From Actinomycetota bacterium (GTDB taxonomy: Bacteria; Actinomycetota; AC-67): 55,779 nucleotides of DNA. How positions within the stretch are numbered: position 1 is the stretch's first letter; each line of letters opens with the position of its first letter. Below the pieces are notes generated by a model, which saw only the letters and a list, made by a program, of their open reading frames with translations, searched no databases and had not been told where the DNA came from. The position numbers and the translations under genes are program-made. This document shows, piece by piece, positions 10,033 through 19,090 of this stretch. The stretch is from NCBI GenBank assembly GCA_005884515.1, contig VAWS01000060.1:1-55779 (forward strand), in the 5' to 3' direction.

Positions 10033-10710
10033 TCACGGACGAGCAGCCCGGGGTCGAAGCCGAGAGGCGAGCACCAGAAGGACGTCGGTGCCTTGGCGCG
10101 CGCGGTGCGCGAATCCGTCGAGGCTTCGCCCGGTGCGAGCGTGCTCGAAGTCGAGCGGGATCTCCACGACGCGGAAGCCGGCGCGAAGTGCGTCGATCGT
10201 GAGCGCCGTTTCGGCCCCGAACCGCGGCGCGATCTTCGCGCGCGCCAGGACGTCGCGGTGAAGCGCGCGCTGTCCGGAGAGCGGGCGCGCAAGCTGTCGT
10301 CCCGTGAGCGCTCGGATCCCGAGCCGCGAAAGCGACTCGACGAGCCCGAATCCGCTCGGTCCCGTGGGCGACGGCGCAGCGATCGCCATGTCCGCAGTGC
10401 CGGTCAAGATCGGTTCGAGCAGCCTGCGCGCAATCCCGGCGGTAGGCCCGAGGTCGCCGTCGATGAAGACCAGCATGTCGGCATCGGTCTTTGCGAGCCC
10501 GGCGAGAAGCGCGCCGCCTTTTCCGCGACGAGCGGCGAGCCTCAGCACCGCAGCGCCCGCCTCCGTCGCACGCGCGCCGGTGTCGTCCGTCGACGCATCA
10601 TCGATAACGATGACCTCGCCGACGTCGGGGACGGATCGCAGAGCTCGGACCGTGTCGCCGATGCGCGCGGCTTCGTTCCGCGCCGGCACGAGCGCTGCAA
10701 CGTGGGCCAC
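10033..10710 (-). CDS. glycosyltransferase family 2
   Basis: GTG at 10710 (TAGTG overlap with the upstream stop). Contains ALVPARNEAARIG, VIVIDDASTDDT, FIDGDL and a GT-A fold pattern. Confidence 0.8.
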   Translation of the reverse strand: MAHVAALVPARNEAARIGDTVRALRSVPDVGEVIVIDDASTDDTGARATEAGAAVLRLAARRGKGGALLAGLAKTDADMLVFIDGDLGPTAGIARRLLEPILTGTADMAIAAPSPTGPSGFGLVESLSRLGIRALTGRQLARPLSGQRALHRDVLARAKIAPRFGAETALTIDALRAGFRVVEIPLDFEHARTGRSLDGFAHRARQGTDVLLVLASRLRPRAARP

Positions 10711-11615
10711 TACGGCGTCGGCGCGATCGCCGTCGTGCCGCGGCGCGTCCCGTAGTGCGGGGCGGGAAGACCCGTCGCGACGTCGTGCAAACCGGCGATG
10801 AGTGCTGCAACGCCGGGGATGGTGTCCACGTGATCGACCGTCGCGACGGTGCGATTCAATGCCGCGTCTCCGTGGATCTGGTCGCTCAACGAGTCGGCGG
10901 AGGCCATCGGCTCGCCGACCGCGATCGAGACGTGCTCGACCATCGCACGCAAGAGCGGCAGCGAGAACTGACCGTCGGGCGGAGACGGGTTGGGAGCACC
11001 CGACGACAGCCAGATGACGAGCGATCCCGCCGGTGGGAACGAACCACCGGTGGAATCGGAAACTTGGATGAACCCGCCTTGCGCCAGCGCTTGGAGAAGG
11101 TCGCCCGCCGCGTTCGGGTCGCCCGGCGTGTCGAGCCGGTTCACGATCCGGTCCACACCTTGGGTGGCGACGTCGGCCGCGGTCGCCGCGGGTCCGAGCC
11201 CGAGGATCGAGCCGAGCTGCTGACGCGCAGGGTCGTCGTTGAAGTTCCACCTGCTCGAGAACGTGATCGTGCCGCCGCGTGTTGCTCCGGCGATGGTGAG
11301 AGCGTTCTGAACATTCGACACGATCTTTCCGTCGACGCCGCTCGACAACATCAACACCACGGTACGACCCCGAAGCACGTCCTTCTCGATCTGTTTCGCG
11401 ATTGTGCCTCCCCACGACTGCCAGAGGTTCAGCTGGCTCTTGAGGACACCGTTTGAGTCTTGTTGGTTCTTCAGAGACGCTCGGAGGGTCGCGTCCGAGC
11501 GTTCGAGGCCCTTCACGACTTGATCGTTGATAACCGTCGTCCCCGCGATCACGCCGATCGCCAGGGCGAGGAACACGGCGACGAGCGAAACGATGTGGTA
11601 CCGGAGGTTGATCAT
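10710..11615 (-). CDS. steB: copper-transporter/MctB-like protein (SteB)
   Basis: MINLRYHIVSLVAVFLALAIGVIAG is the N-terminal anchor typical of the Rv1698/SteB family. ATGA overlap with steA. Confidence 0.75.
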   Translation of the reverse strand: MINLRYHIVSLVAVFLALAIGVIAGTTVINDQVVKGLERSDATLRASLKNQQDSNGVLKSQLNLWQSWGGTIAKQIEKDVLRGRTVVLMLSSGVDGKIVSNVQNALTIAGATRGGTITFSSRWNFNDDPARQQLGSILGLGPAATAADVATQGVDRIVNRLDTPGDPNAAGDLLQALAQGGFIQVSDSTGGSFPPAGSLVIWLSSGAPNPSPPDGQFSLPLLRAMVEHVSIAVGEPMASADSLSDQIHGDAALNRTVATVDHVDTIPGVAALIAGLHDVATGLPAPHYGTRRGTTAIAPTP

Positions 11616-12817
11616 CAGAAGATCGAACGCCACACGGAACGGAGCCACGCGGCGAGGTTCTGTCCCCACAAGCGCAGCGCCGGCGACAGCGAGGCTGCGA
11701 CCGCCATGGCGACGATCGCCGCCGCGACCAGCAGGAGGATGTCGCGCGTTCTGACCTGGCTCCGGTAGAGACGATTGACGCCTTTGGCGTCGACGAGCTT
11801 GGGTCCGACCTTCAATCGAACGACGAACGTCGAGGCCATGCCGTTGCGGCCCTTGTCGAGGAACTCGACGAGGTTGTCGTGTGCGCCGACGGCGACGATG
11901 AGGTCCGAGCCGCTTTCGTACGCGAGGAGGAGCGCGATGTCCTCGCTCGTCCCCGCGCTCGCAAGGATGCTCGGTGTTATCCCGAGGGCTTGCACACGGT
12001 CGAGCCCCGGCGCGCGGCCGTCCGGGTAGGCGTGCACGACGACCTCGGCACCACACGTGAGCGCGTTGGTGGAGACGGAGTCCATGTCGCCGATGATCAC
12101 GTCGGGCTTCAGCCCTTCGTCGAGCAGCGCGTCGGCCGCTCCGTCGACGGCGATGAGCACCGGGTGCATGTCCGAGATGTACGGCCGGAGCGTCCGCAGA
12201 TCTTGCCGGTATTCGTGCCCGCGAACGACCACGACGGCGGCGCGTCCCTTGAGCTTCGTCTTCAACTCGGGGAGGCCTTCGCCGCGGAGCACGAGGTCGC
12301 GCTCGACCTGCAGGTACTCCATCGTGTTGCGCACGAAGCGCTCCAGCTCCTCCCCCATCGCAGCTTGCGCGTCCGCGAGCGAGCGTTCCAGCGCCTCGCC
12401 GTCGAGCAGCGTGCCGGTGCCTACCAGCTGCTCGCGACAGAAAACTTCCGGGCCGATGATCGACAGGGTGTCACCCTCGTTGACGTGTTCGAGGATCTCC
12501 TCGCCCACGCCGTCTATCAGCGGAACGTTCGCGCGCGCCAGCACGAGCGGCCCTGCGTTCGGGTATCGGCCGGTGATCGAACGGTGACAGTTGACCACGG
12601 CGATCGCGCCGCGCTCGAGCAATCCTTCGGCCGCCACTTGATCGAGGTCGTCGTGAAGGATGATCGCGATCTCACCGGGGCGGATCCGATGCAGCAGGTT
12701 CTTGGTGCGGCGATCGATCCGAACGGTTCCCACGATCGATCCGCGAGGCCGGCGGCGGAAAAAACGACGCGCGCGAGGCGTCCCTTCCAGGGTCGATCCG
12801 TTCTCGCGCCGGCGCAT
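11615..12817 (-). CDS. steA: putative cytokinetic ring protein SteA (thiamine pyrophosphokinase-like fold)
   Basis: 400 aa with GTVRIDRRTKNLLHRIRPGEIAII, DVIIGDMDS, and a C-terminal TM segment. Conserved position upstream of steB. Confidence 0.8.
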   Translation of the reverse strand: MRRRENGSTLEGTPRARRFFRRRPRGSIVGTVRIDRRTKNLLHRIRPGEIAIILHDDLDQVAAEGLLERGAIAVVNCHRSITGRYPNAGPLVLARANVPLIDGVGEEILEHVNEGDTLSIIGPEVFCREQLVGTGTLLDGEALERSLADAQAAMGEELERFVRNTMEYLQVERDLVLRGEGLPELKTKLKGRAAVVVVRGHEYRQDLRTLRPYISDMHPVLIAVDGAADALLDEGLKPDVIIGDMDSVSTNALTCGAEVVVHAYPDGRAPGLDRVQALGITPSILASAGTSEDIALLLAYESGSDLIVAVGAHDNLVEFLDKGRNGMASTFVVRLKVGPKLVDAKGVNRLYRSQVRTRDILLLVAAAIVAMAVAASLSPALRLWGQNLAAWLRSVWRSIF

Positions 12818-12820
12818 CAG

Positions 12821-13675
12821 CTACTCCCCCGGATTCAAGTGGAACTTCTCGCGGACGAGTCTCCAGAAGGGACGCGGCTCGAGTTTCGCCAGACGGATGC
12901 GGTCCTTTCCTGCGCGCAAGCGGACGCGCGCGCCGGGCGCGAGCTTGATCGCCGGCAAGCCGTCCGCCGACAGCGAGGCCGGATCGCGCTCCCCTTCCAG
13001 GGCGAGCTCGACCTCTTCGTCCGGCGGGACGATCACACTGCGTGCGAACAGGCCGTGCGGGGACACCGGTGTGACGACGATGCAATCGATGTGTGGGGAA
13101 ACGACCGGACCGCCGGCAGAGAACGAGTATGCGGTGGAGCCGGTCGGCGTCGCGACGATGACGCCGTCGGCGGCCCACGAGATCAGCCGCTCGCCCCCGA
13201 TCGTTACCCCGAGACGCACGGCTCGCCCCGTCGCAACCTTCGCGACGATCACGTCGTTCAGCGCACGTAACGTCTCGACGCGATCCCCGTGGTCGACCTC
13301 CGCTTCGAGGACGAGGCGCTCTTCAACGATGAAGCCGTTATCGAGCAGCCGCTTCAACCCGTCGTCGAGCTCGGATCGCTCGAGCTCGGAGAGGAACCCA
13401 AGGTGCCCGAAGTTGATCCCGAGCAGCGGGACACCCGATCGCCCGACCGCTTCGGCCGCGCGCAACAACGTGCCGTCGCCGCCGAAGACGATCACGAGGT
13501 CGAGGTCCTCCGGCATCGCCGGCGTTGCGTTGATACCGGGGAGACCGATGCGATCGGCATCGCCGTCGAGCGCCCACACGTCGACACCGCGGCTCAGGAG
13601 CGTTTCGATGAGCGCGCGCGCAGTGGTCACCGCTTGGTCGCGCTCCGCGTGCAGGATGACGCCGGCGCGCTTCAC
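12821..13675 (-). CDS. nadK: NAD+ kinase
   Basis: GTG at 13675 (GTGA overlap with tlyA). Contains GGDGTLLRAA, INFGHLGFL and ATPTGSTAYSFSAGGP. Confidence 0.9.
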   Translation of the reverse strand: MKRAGVILHAERDQAVTTARALIETLLSRGVDVWALDGDADRIGLPGINATPAMPEDLDLVIVFGGDGTLLRAAEAVGRSGVPLLGINFGHLGFLSELERSELDDGLKRLLDNGFIVEERLVLEAEVDHGDRVETLRALNDVIVAKVATGRAVRLGVTIGGERLISWAADGVIVATPTGSTAYSFSAGGPVVSPHIDCIVVTPVSPHGLFARSVIVPPDEEVELALEGERDPASLSADGLPAIKLAPGARVRLRAGKDRIRLAKLEPRPFWRLVREKFHLNPGE

Positions 13676-14304
13676 GGAGCTCGCTCCGCTGCCGCCCGGA
13701 TCACGCGGTCGCCCACATCTACTCCTTCTCGTGCGAAGTGAAGGAAGAACTCGCGGTTTCCCTTCGGTCCGACGAGGGGCGAAGGAACCGCGCCCGACAA
13801 AGCGTATCCGGCGGCGCGATAGGCGCGCGCGACGGCCTCCATCGCATCGATCCACGCGGCCGGATCGCGGACCACACCGCCCTTCGGCACGCTCGCGCGG
13901 GGCAGCTCGAACTGGGGCTTGACCATGAGCACCATGGCCGCCGGACGCAGGCTCACGAACGCGTCCGCGAGGGCCACGAGACCGATGAACGAGAGGTCGG
14001 CCACCAAGATGTCGAGCGGCCCCGTCGTCCCGGCGGTGATCGCACGGACGTTCGTGCGTTCGATCAGTTGAACGCGAGGATCGTTTCGAAGCTCCCACGC
14101 GAGCTGGCCGTACGCGACGTCGACCGCGACCACTTGGCGCGCGCCTCGACGCAGCAGACAGTCGGTGAACCCGCCGGTCGACGCTCCCGCGTCCAGTGCG
14201 CGCGCGCCGTCGACGTCCACGCCGAACGCGTCGAGCGCTGCGTCGAGCTTGTCTCCGCCGCGCGATACGAACCGGCGCGCGCCCGAAGGGTGGGCCGGAC
14301 CCAC
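13672..14304 (-). CDS. tlyA: TlyA-family rRNA 2'-O-methyltransferase lacking the N-terminal S4 domain
   Basis: GTG at 14304. Reads RRFVSRGGDKLDAALDAF...LDAGASTGGFTDCLL...VDVAYGQLAWELRNDPRV...VKPQFE. Only 11 residues precede the FVSRG block, where family members normally have about 55-60 (the S4 domain). Confidence 0.75.
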   Translation of the reverse strand: MGPAHPSGARRFVSRGGDKLDAALDAFGVDVDGARALDAGASTGGFTDCLLRRGARQVVAVDVAYGQLAWELRNDPRVQLIERTNVRAITAGTTGPLDILVADLSFIGLVALADAFVSLRPAAMVLMVKPQFELPRASVPKGGVVRDPAAWIDAMEAVARAYRAAGYALSGAVPSPLVGPKGNREFFLHFAREGVDVGDRVIRAAAERAP

Positions 14305-14308
14305 GAGG

Positions 14309-14458
14309 CTACTCCCGGGGGTCGTGGTCGTTCGCGGGCGAGCCGTCGTCCATGAAGGAACGGAGCCTGCGCTCGACGGCTTCGAGCGCCGTCGCGCGCT
14401 CCTCGAGGGGAGTTTGCTCGAGGTTCTCGACCTCGTCATCGGGTAGGAGAGAGTCCAT
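14309..14458 (-). CDS. small acidic hypothetical protein (49 aa) upstream of tlyA
   Basis: An ATG-to-TAG ORF not in the supplied track (<60 aa): MDSLLPDDEVENLEQTPLEERATALEAVERRLRSFMDDGSPANDHDPRE. High GC3. A small ORF occupies the same position upstream of tlyA in mycobacteria. Confidence 0.4.
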   Translation of the reverse strand: MDSLLPDDEVENLEQTPLEERATALEAVERRLRSFMDDGSPANDHDPRE

Positions 14459-14539
14459 CGTGTCAACTATACGCGCTCGGTCCGGGGGGTCCCGAGCAGC
14501 GGGGGCCTGCGACCGGAAGCCGATGCTATCCTCGGCGCC

Positions 14540-14875
14540 GTGGCATCAGCGGCCGAGGTCGAGCGGAGTATCCGTTCGTTGATGAAGAAGCTGGCGGATG
14601 CGTCCCCCGCTCCTGACTCGATCCCCGATCGAACGATCCTGTGCGTTCTCCCCGATCTGAAGACCGCGTACCGCGTTGAGCTCAAGAAGGCCAAGCTGCG
14701 GGGATTGCGGAAAGCCGAGACGAACGAAGTGACCGATGCGCGCATCACGGCCCGAAGCGACGACCTCATCGCTCTCATCGACGGCCGGCTGGGCGTTGCG
14801 TATGCGTTCCTAACCGGCAAGGTGAAGATCGACGCTCCGGCGTCCGACCTGATGATGCTGCGCAAGCTCTTCTGA
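14540..14875 (+). CDS. SCP2 sterol-binding-domain protein
   Basis: 111 aa with a GTG start. ...ARITARSDDLIALIDGRLGVAYAFLTGKVKIDAPASDLMMLRKLF is the typical SCP2 C-terminal pattern. Confidence 0.7.
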   Translation: MASAAEVERSIRSLMKKLADASPAPDSIPDRTILCVLPDLKTAYRVELKKAKLRGLRKAETNEVTDARITARSDDLIALIDGRLGVAYAFLTGKVKIDAPASDLMMLRKLF

Positions 14876-14878
14876 GCC

Positions 14879-15670
14879 ATGCTCCCGATCAAGGACTACA
14901 ACCCGACGACGACCCGTTCGATCGTCGTGCCCGTCATCATCGCGATCAACGTGATCGTGTTCTTCTTCTGGCAACCCTTCTCGATCGGCGCACAATCCGA
15001 GAGCCAACAGCGTGATCAGATCATCTTCTTCTCATGCCACGCATCGATCCCGTACGAGCTCTCGCATGGTCACACGCTGGTGAGCTCGCCTCCGTCTCCG
15101 AATAGTCCTGCTGCACAGGACCAAGACATCCAGATAGACCTCGCTGCAGAGCGGCTCGCTTGCCCGCACAAGAACGTGTGGCTTTCGATCCTCTACACGA
15201 TGTTCCTGCACGGAGGACTTCTCCACATCGGTGGCAACATGCTGTTCTTGTGGATCTTCGGCAACAACATCGAAGACAAGCTCGGGAAGATCAAGTTCAT
15301 CGTCTTCTATCTGCTGTGCGGGCTCATCGCTACGTACGCGCAGACGCTCGTCTCTCCATCGTCGGGTGCGCCGCAGATCGGCGCCAGTGGCGCCATCGCC
15401 GGGGTGCTCGGCGCGTACATAGTCCTGTTCCCGCGCGCGCGCGTGCGAACGTTGTTCTTCTTCTTCCTCATCTTCTTCCTCGACGTGCCCGCGGTCGTGC
15501 TACTCGGACTGTGGTTCGCGCTCCAGCTGCTGCAAGGCGTTGGGCCGGCGGCGACGACGGGCGGTGTTGCGTACATGGCGCACGTGGGAGGGTTCATCGC
15601 CGGGATGGTGTTGCTCTCTCTCTTCCGGCCGCGCAGAACGGCGCCGCCGCGCTCCCCCGTTCCGTACTGA
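14879..15670 (+). CDS. rhomboid-family intramembrane serine protease
   Basis: Contains HGGLLHIGGNMLFLWIFG, GASGAIAGVLGAY (catalytic Ser) and AHVGGFIAG (catalytic His). Starts 4 nt after the SCP2 gene. Confidence 0.88.
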   Translation: MLPIKDYNPTTTRSIVVPVIIAINVIVFFFWQPFSIGAQSESQQRDQIIFFSCHASIPYELSHGHTLVSSPPSPNSPAAQDQDIQIDLAAERLACPHKNVWLSILYTMFLHGGLLHIGGNMLFLWIFGNNIEDKLGKIKFIVFYLLCGLIATYAQTLVSPSSGAPQIGASGAIAGVLGAYIVLFPRARVRTLFFFFLIFFLDVPAVVLLGLWFALQLLQGVGPAATTGGVAYMAHVGGFIAGMVLLSLFRPRRTAPPRSPVPY

Positions 15671-15677
15671 ACCAGCT

Positions 15678-16913
15678 CTATCGAGCCGGGAGCCGCAGGT
15701 ACATGGCAGGAGCCGAGGCCGGGCACTCGCGGACGACTTGAGGATGCTTCCCGATCGCGTCGGGGAGCTGCTCACGATCGATGGTCTTGAATCCGCACGC
15801 AGCGAAGAACTTCTCCGCGTGCTCGGTGACGAGGTAGACCTCGCCGACCCCTTCTTCGATCATCCTTTTCAACGTCGCAGCCACGATGATCGTGCCGGCT
15901 CCCGCTCGGCGGAACTCCGGCGCAACCGCGACGGAGCGGAGGAGCCCGATACCGTCGAGCCGTTCCCACGACGCGGTTGCGATCGGTTTGCGATCGGTTT
16001 CGGCGACCATGGTGCGGCCCACGCGCTCGCGCGCGGCACCGGCCGTCAACCCGCCGTGATGCAACATGGTCGCGATGTGCGGGAGATCCGGGCCGGCGGC
16101 CGACCGGACCTGCGGATGAGGACGGTCTTCCAAGACGTCGGTCAGCCGGCCGAGGACGAAGTCCGGCCACGCCGGGGCGGCGGCGAGCTCGGGCACCCCG
16201 GTTGCGCCGGACAGCACCAGCGCTGCCGGCCAGCCGGCTGCGTGCGCCGCCATGATGTCGGTCTCGACGCGATCGCCGACGACCAGCGCGGGTGATCCAC
16301 CGAGGCGGTCGCGCGCGACCTGGAAGATGCCCGGATCGGGCTTGCCGGCAACGAGCGGCTCGACGCCGGTCGACGTCCTCAGCGCGGCGACGATCGCCCC
16401 GGCGCCCGGCCACAAGCCTTCTTGCGCCGGATACGTCGCGTCGGTGTTGCTTGCGACAAAGATCGCGCCTGCGCGCACGGCCAGCGTCGCCAGCCGGAGC
16501 TTGTCGAACGTAAGGCCGCGATCCCACCCAACGACGACGAGCGACGCGTCTTTCGACTCCTCGCCGCTCGCGATGCGCGCACCCACGCTCGCCACCGCAT
16601 TCAGCAATCCTTCACCGCCGACGACATACGCCAGGCGCCCGCGCAAGCCGGGGACCGCACGCTCGAGCAGCCGTGCCGTTGCGTCCGCGCTCGACACGAC
16701 CTCGTCCGGCGAGCCGCCCGCACCCATCTCGGCCAGCTTCTTCGCGTAAGTCTCGGCGGTTTCGCTCGAGTTGTTGGTGACGAAAACGACGCGCTTCCCC
16801 GCGTCGCGCAGCGTCCGGATCGTGTCGGGAGCGCCCGCGATCGGGCGGTCCCCTTTCCAGACCACGCCGTCGAGGTCGAACGCAAAGCGAGAGAACGCTT
16901 GCGCCAGGATCAC
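15678..16913 (-). CDS. HAD-IIA phosphatase fused to a C-terminal GNAT acetyltransferase domain
   Basis: N-terminal part has FDLDGVVW, VTNNS, AGKPDP and VGDRVETDI. C-terminal ~140 aa has LRSVAVAPEFRRAGAGTIIV...EVYLVTEHAEKFFAACGF (acetyl-CoA-binding pattern). Confidence 0.85.
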   Translation of the reverse strand: MILAQAFSRFAFDLDGVVWKGDRPIAGAPDTIRTLRDAGKRVVFVTNNSSETAETYAKKLAEMGAGGSPDEVVSSADATARLLERAVPGLRGRLAYVVGGEGLLNAVASVGARIASGEESKDASLVVVGWDRGLTFDKLRLATLAVRAGAIFVASNTDATYPAQEGLWPGAGAIVAALRTSTGVEPLVAGKPDPGIFQVARDRLGGSPALVVGDRVETDIMAAHAAGWPAALVLSGATGVPELAAAPAWPDFVLGRLTDVLEDRPHPQVRSAAGPDLPHIATMLHHGGLTAGAARERVGRTMVAETDRKPIATASWERLDGIGLLRSVAVAPEFRRAGAGTIIVAATLKRMIEEGVGEVYLVTEHAEKFFAACGFKTIDREQLPDAIGKHPQVVRECPASAPAMYLRLPAR

Positions 16914-16975
16914 CGCGCGCGCCTCTGCGTCCTCGTCATTCGCTCCCCCCTCGTCTGGATGCTATACAGCACCCC

Positions 16976-18157
16976 GTGGCCGAGATCGCTCCCTTCCGCG
17001 GCACGCGCTACGACCCGAGCGCCGTCGACGACCTTTCGCTGGTCGTTGCGCCGCCCTACGACGTGATCACCGAAGCGGACCGCGACGCGCTCGAAGCAGC
17101 GAGTCCGTACAACGTTGTCAGGCTGATCCTTGGACGCGACGAACCCGGCGACGACGAGCGTTCGAACAAGTATACGAGGGCGCGCGGATTGCTCGAAGCC
17201 TGGCGTGCCGCCGGCGTGCTCCGCGAAGACGCCGGCGAAGCCCTGTACGTCTACGAGCAGCGCTACCGGCTCGGAGATGAGAAACGCTTCCAGCGCGGGG
17301 TGTTGGGGGCCGTGCGCTTGGATGAGCCGGAGGCCGGCGGCGTCCTGCCGCACGAGCGGACCTACGAGAAGATCGTTCAAGACCGCCTGCAGCTGCTGCG
17401 CGCAACCGAAACGAACCTCGACACGATCTTCTGCATCTACGACGGTCAAGAGCAGGGCGCCCACGACGCGATCGAGCGGACCGCCTCGACCCCGCCGGTG
17501 GCGCAGTTCACGACCGAAGACGACGTCGAGCACGTTCTGTGGGCGATGACGGACGTGCTCGACATCGGAGCCGTCGGGCGCGCGCTCGAGAAAGCGCCGG
17601 TGGTCATCGCCGACGGTCACCACCGATGGCAGACCGCACTTCAGTATCGGAACGAGCGCCGCGCTGCAGAGGGACTGGGCCCATGGGACCTTCAGCTGAT
17701 GTTCCTCGTGGACGCGTCTCGGTGGGGGCCATCGCTGCTCCCGATCCATCGCGTGGTCGGCGGCATCGACGCGACGGCCGCGCTCGAAGCGATGGCTCCG
17801 GTGATTCTCGCTGAGCCCGCTCCTGGCGCCTGGTGGCTGACGATCGCCGATCCGGCGGCGGAGCGCGCGGCGCTCCCCGCCGACCGTTCCGCCGCGTGGC
17901 GCGACCTCGACGTATCGGTGTTGCATTCGCTGGTGTTCGACAAGCTGCTCGGCGGGATCAAGCCCCGCTTCGTTCACTCCGCGACCGAAGCTGCGAACGA
18001 AGTGAAGTCGGGGGAAGCGACTCTCGGCTTCCTCCTCGCGCCGATGCCGTTCGACGCCGTCCGCGCCGTTGCGGAAGCCGGCGAAGCGATGCCGCCGAAG
18101 TCGACGTTCTTCGTTCCGAAGCCGGCGACCGGGGTGGTGATGCGCGCGCTCGACTGA
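16976..18157 (+). CDS. DUF1015-family protein
   Basis: MAEIAPFRGTRYDPS...VAPPYDVI...LPHERTYEKIVQDRLQLLRAT...IADGHHRWQTAL is the characteristic DUF1015 motif series. Confidence 0.85.
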   Translation: MAEIAPFRGTRYDPSAVDDLSLVVAPPYDVITEADRDALEAASPYNVVRLILGRDEPGDDERSNKYTRARGLLEAWRAAGVLREDAGEALYVYEQRYRLGDEKRFQRGVLGAVRLDEPEAGGVLPHERTYEKIVQDRLQLLRATETNLDTIFCIYDGQEQGAHDAIERTASTPPVAQFTTEDDVEHVLWAMTDVLDIGAVGRALEKAPVVIADGHHRWQTALQYRNERRAAEGLGPWDLQLMFLVDASRWGPSLLPIHRVVGGIDATAALEAMAPVILAEPAPGAWWLTIADPAAERAALPADRSAAWRDLDVSVLHSLVFDKLLGGIKPRFVHSATEAANEVKSGEATLGFLLAPMPFDAVRAVAEAGEAMPPKSTFFVPKPATGVVMRALD

Positions 18158-18166
18158 GCGCGCCTC

Positions 18167-19090
18167 ATGCCGAAGACGCAGATGCTCGACGAAGGCATCG
18201 TCGCGATCGATACGGAGATGGCCGGCCTAGACCAGACCGTTGCGGCATTCCTGGTTCCCGGCGAGCGGCCGGCCGTGATCGAGACCGGTCCCGCGACGGT
18301 CACGAAGACCTTGACCGAGGGGTTGCGCGCGCTTGGGCTGGGACCGAACGACGTCGCATCGTTCGTCCTCACGCACATCCATCTCGACCACGGGGGCGCG
18401 TCCGGCGACATCGCGCGCCTGTTCCCGAAGGCGGAGATCGTCGTTCACCCCGAGGGCGCGCGGCACCTCGCCGACCCGACGAAGCTGATGGCCAGCGCCT
18501 ACCGCGTCTTCGGCGACCGGCTCGACTCGACGTTTGGTCCGCTGCAACCGGTACCGAAAGGCCGCATACGCGCGGTCGAGCCGGGGACGATCCTGGACCT
18601 CGGCGGGGGAAGGACGCTCGAGATCGTCGAAGCGACCGGGCACGCGCGCCATCACATGGCGATCCAAGACTCCGCGAGCGGCGTGCTCTTCGTCGGCGAT
18701 TCGATGGGTGTGTACCTTCCCGAAGCCGGTGTGTTGCGTCCCGCGACGCCGCCGCCCGACTTCGACATGGAAGTCGCGCTGGCTACGTTGCGCCGTTTCC
18801 GTGCGCGCGCGCCGCGCGGTTTGTACCTGACGCACTTCGGCCCGGCACCGGCAGATCGCGACTTGCTGACGCAAGCGGAGGAACAGTTGATCCGCTTCGG
18901 CGCGATCATCGAAGAAGCGATGCGCGAATCGACCGACCTTGATTTCCTTGCCGAGCGGCTCCGCGAACGCACGTGGGACGATTACAAGGCGATCCACGAC
19001 TCGCCGGAGCTGCTCGCGAAGTTCGACGCGCTCAATGCGTTCCGCAGCAGCGCCGCAGGGTATCTCCGATACTTCCAGACTAGAGGGTGA
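18167..19090 (+). CDS. MBL-fold metallo-hydrolase
   Basis: Contains LTHIHLDHGG (HxHxDH) and a downstream TGHARHH. 307 aa. Confidence 0.85.
   Translation: MPKTQMLDEGIVAIDTEMAGLDQTVAAFLVPGERPAVIETGPATVTKTLTEGLRALGLGPNDVASFVLTHIHLDHGGASGDIARLFPKAEIVVHPEGARHLADPTKLMASAYRVFGDRLDSTFGPLQPVPKGRIRAVEPGTILDLGGGRTLEIVEATGHARHHMAIQDSASGVLFVGDSMGVYLPEAGVLRPATPPPDFDMEVALATLRRFRARAPRGLYLTHFGPAPADRDLLTQAEEQLIRFGAIIEEAMRESTDLDFLAERLRERTWDDYKAIHDSPELLAKFDALNAFRSSAAGYLRYFQTRG

Noticed and set aside
15979-16000. Tandem duplication of an 11-nt unit (gcgatcggttt x2) inside the HAD-GNAT gene.
   Set aside because: The reading frame stays open and gives a plausible linker (ETDRKPIATAS). It is too short to be a functional repeat element.
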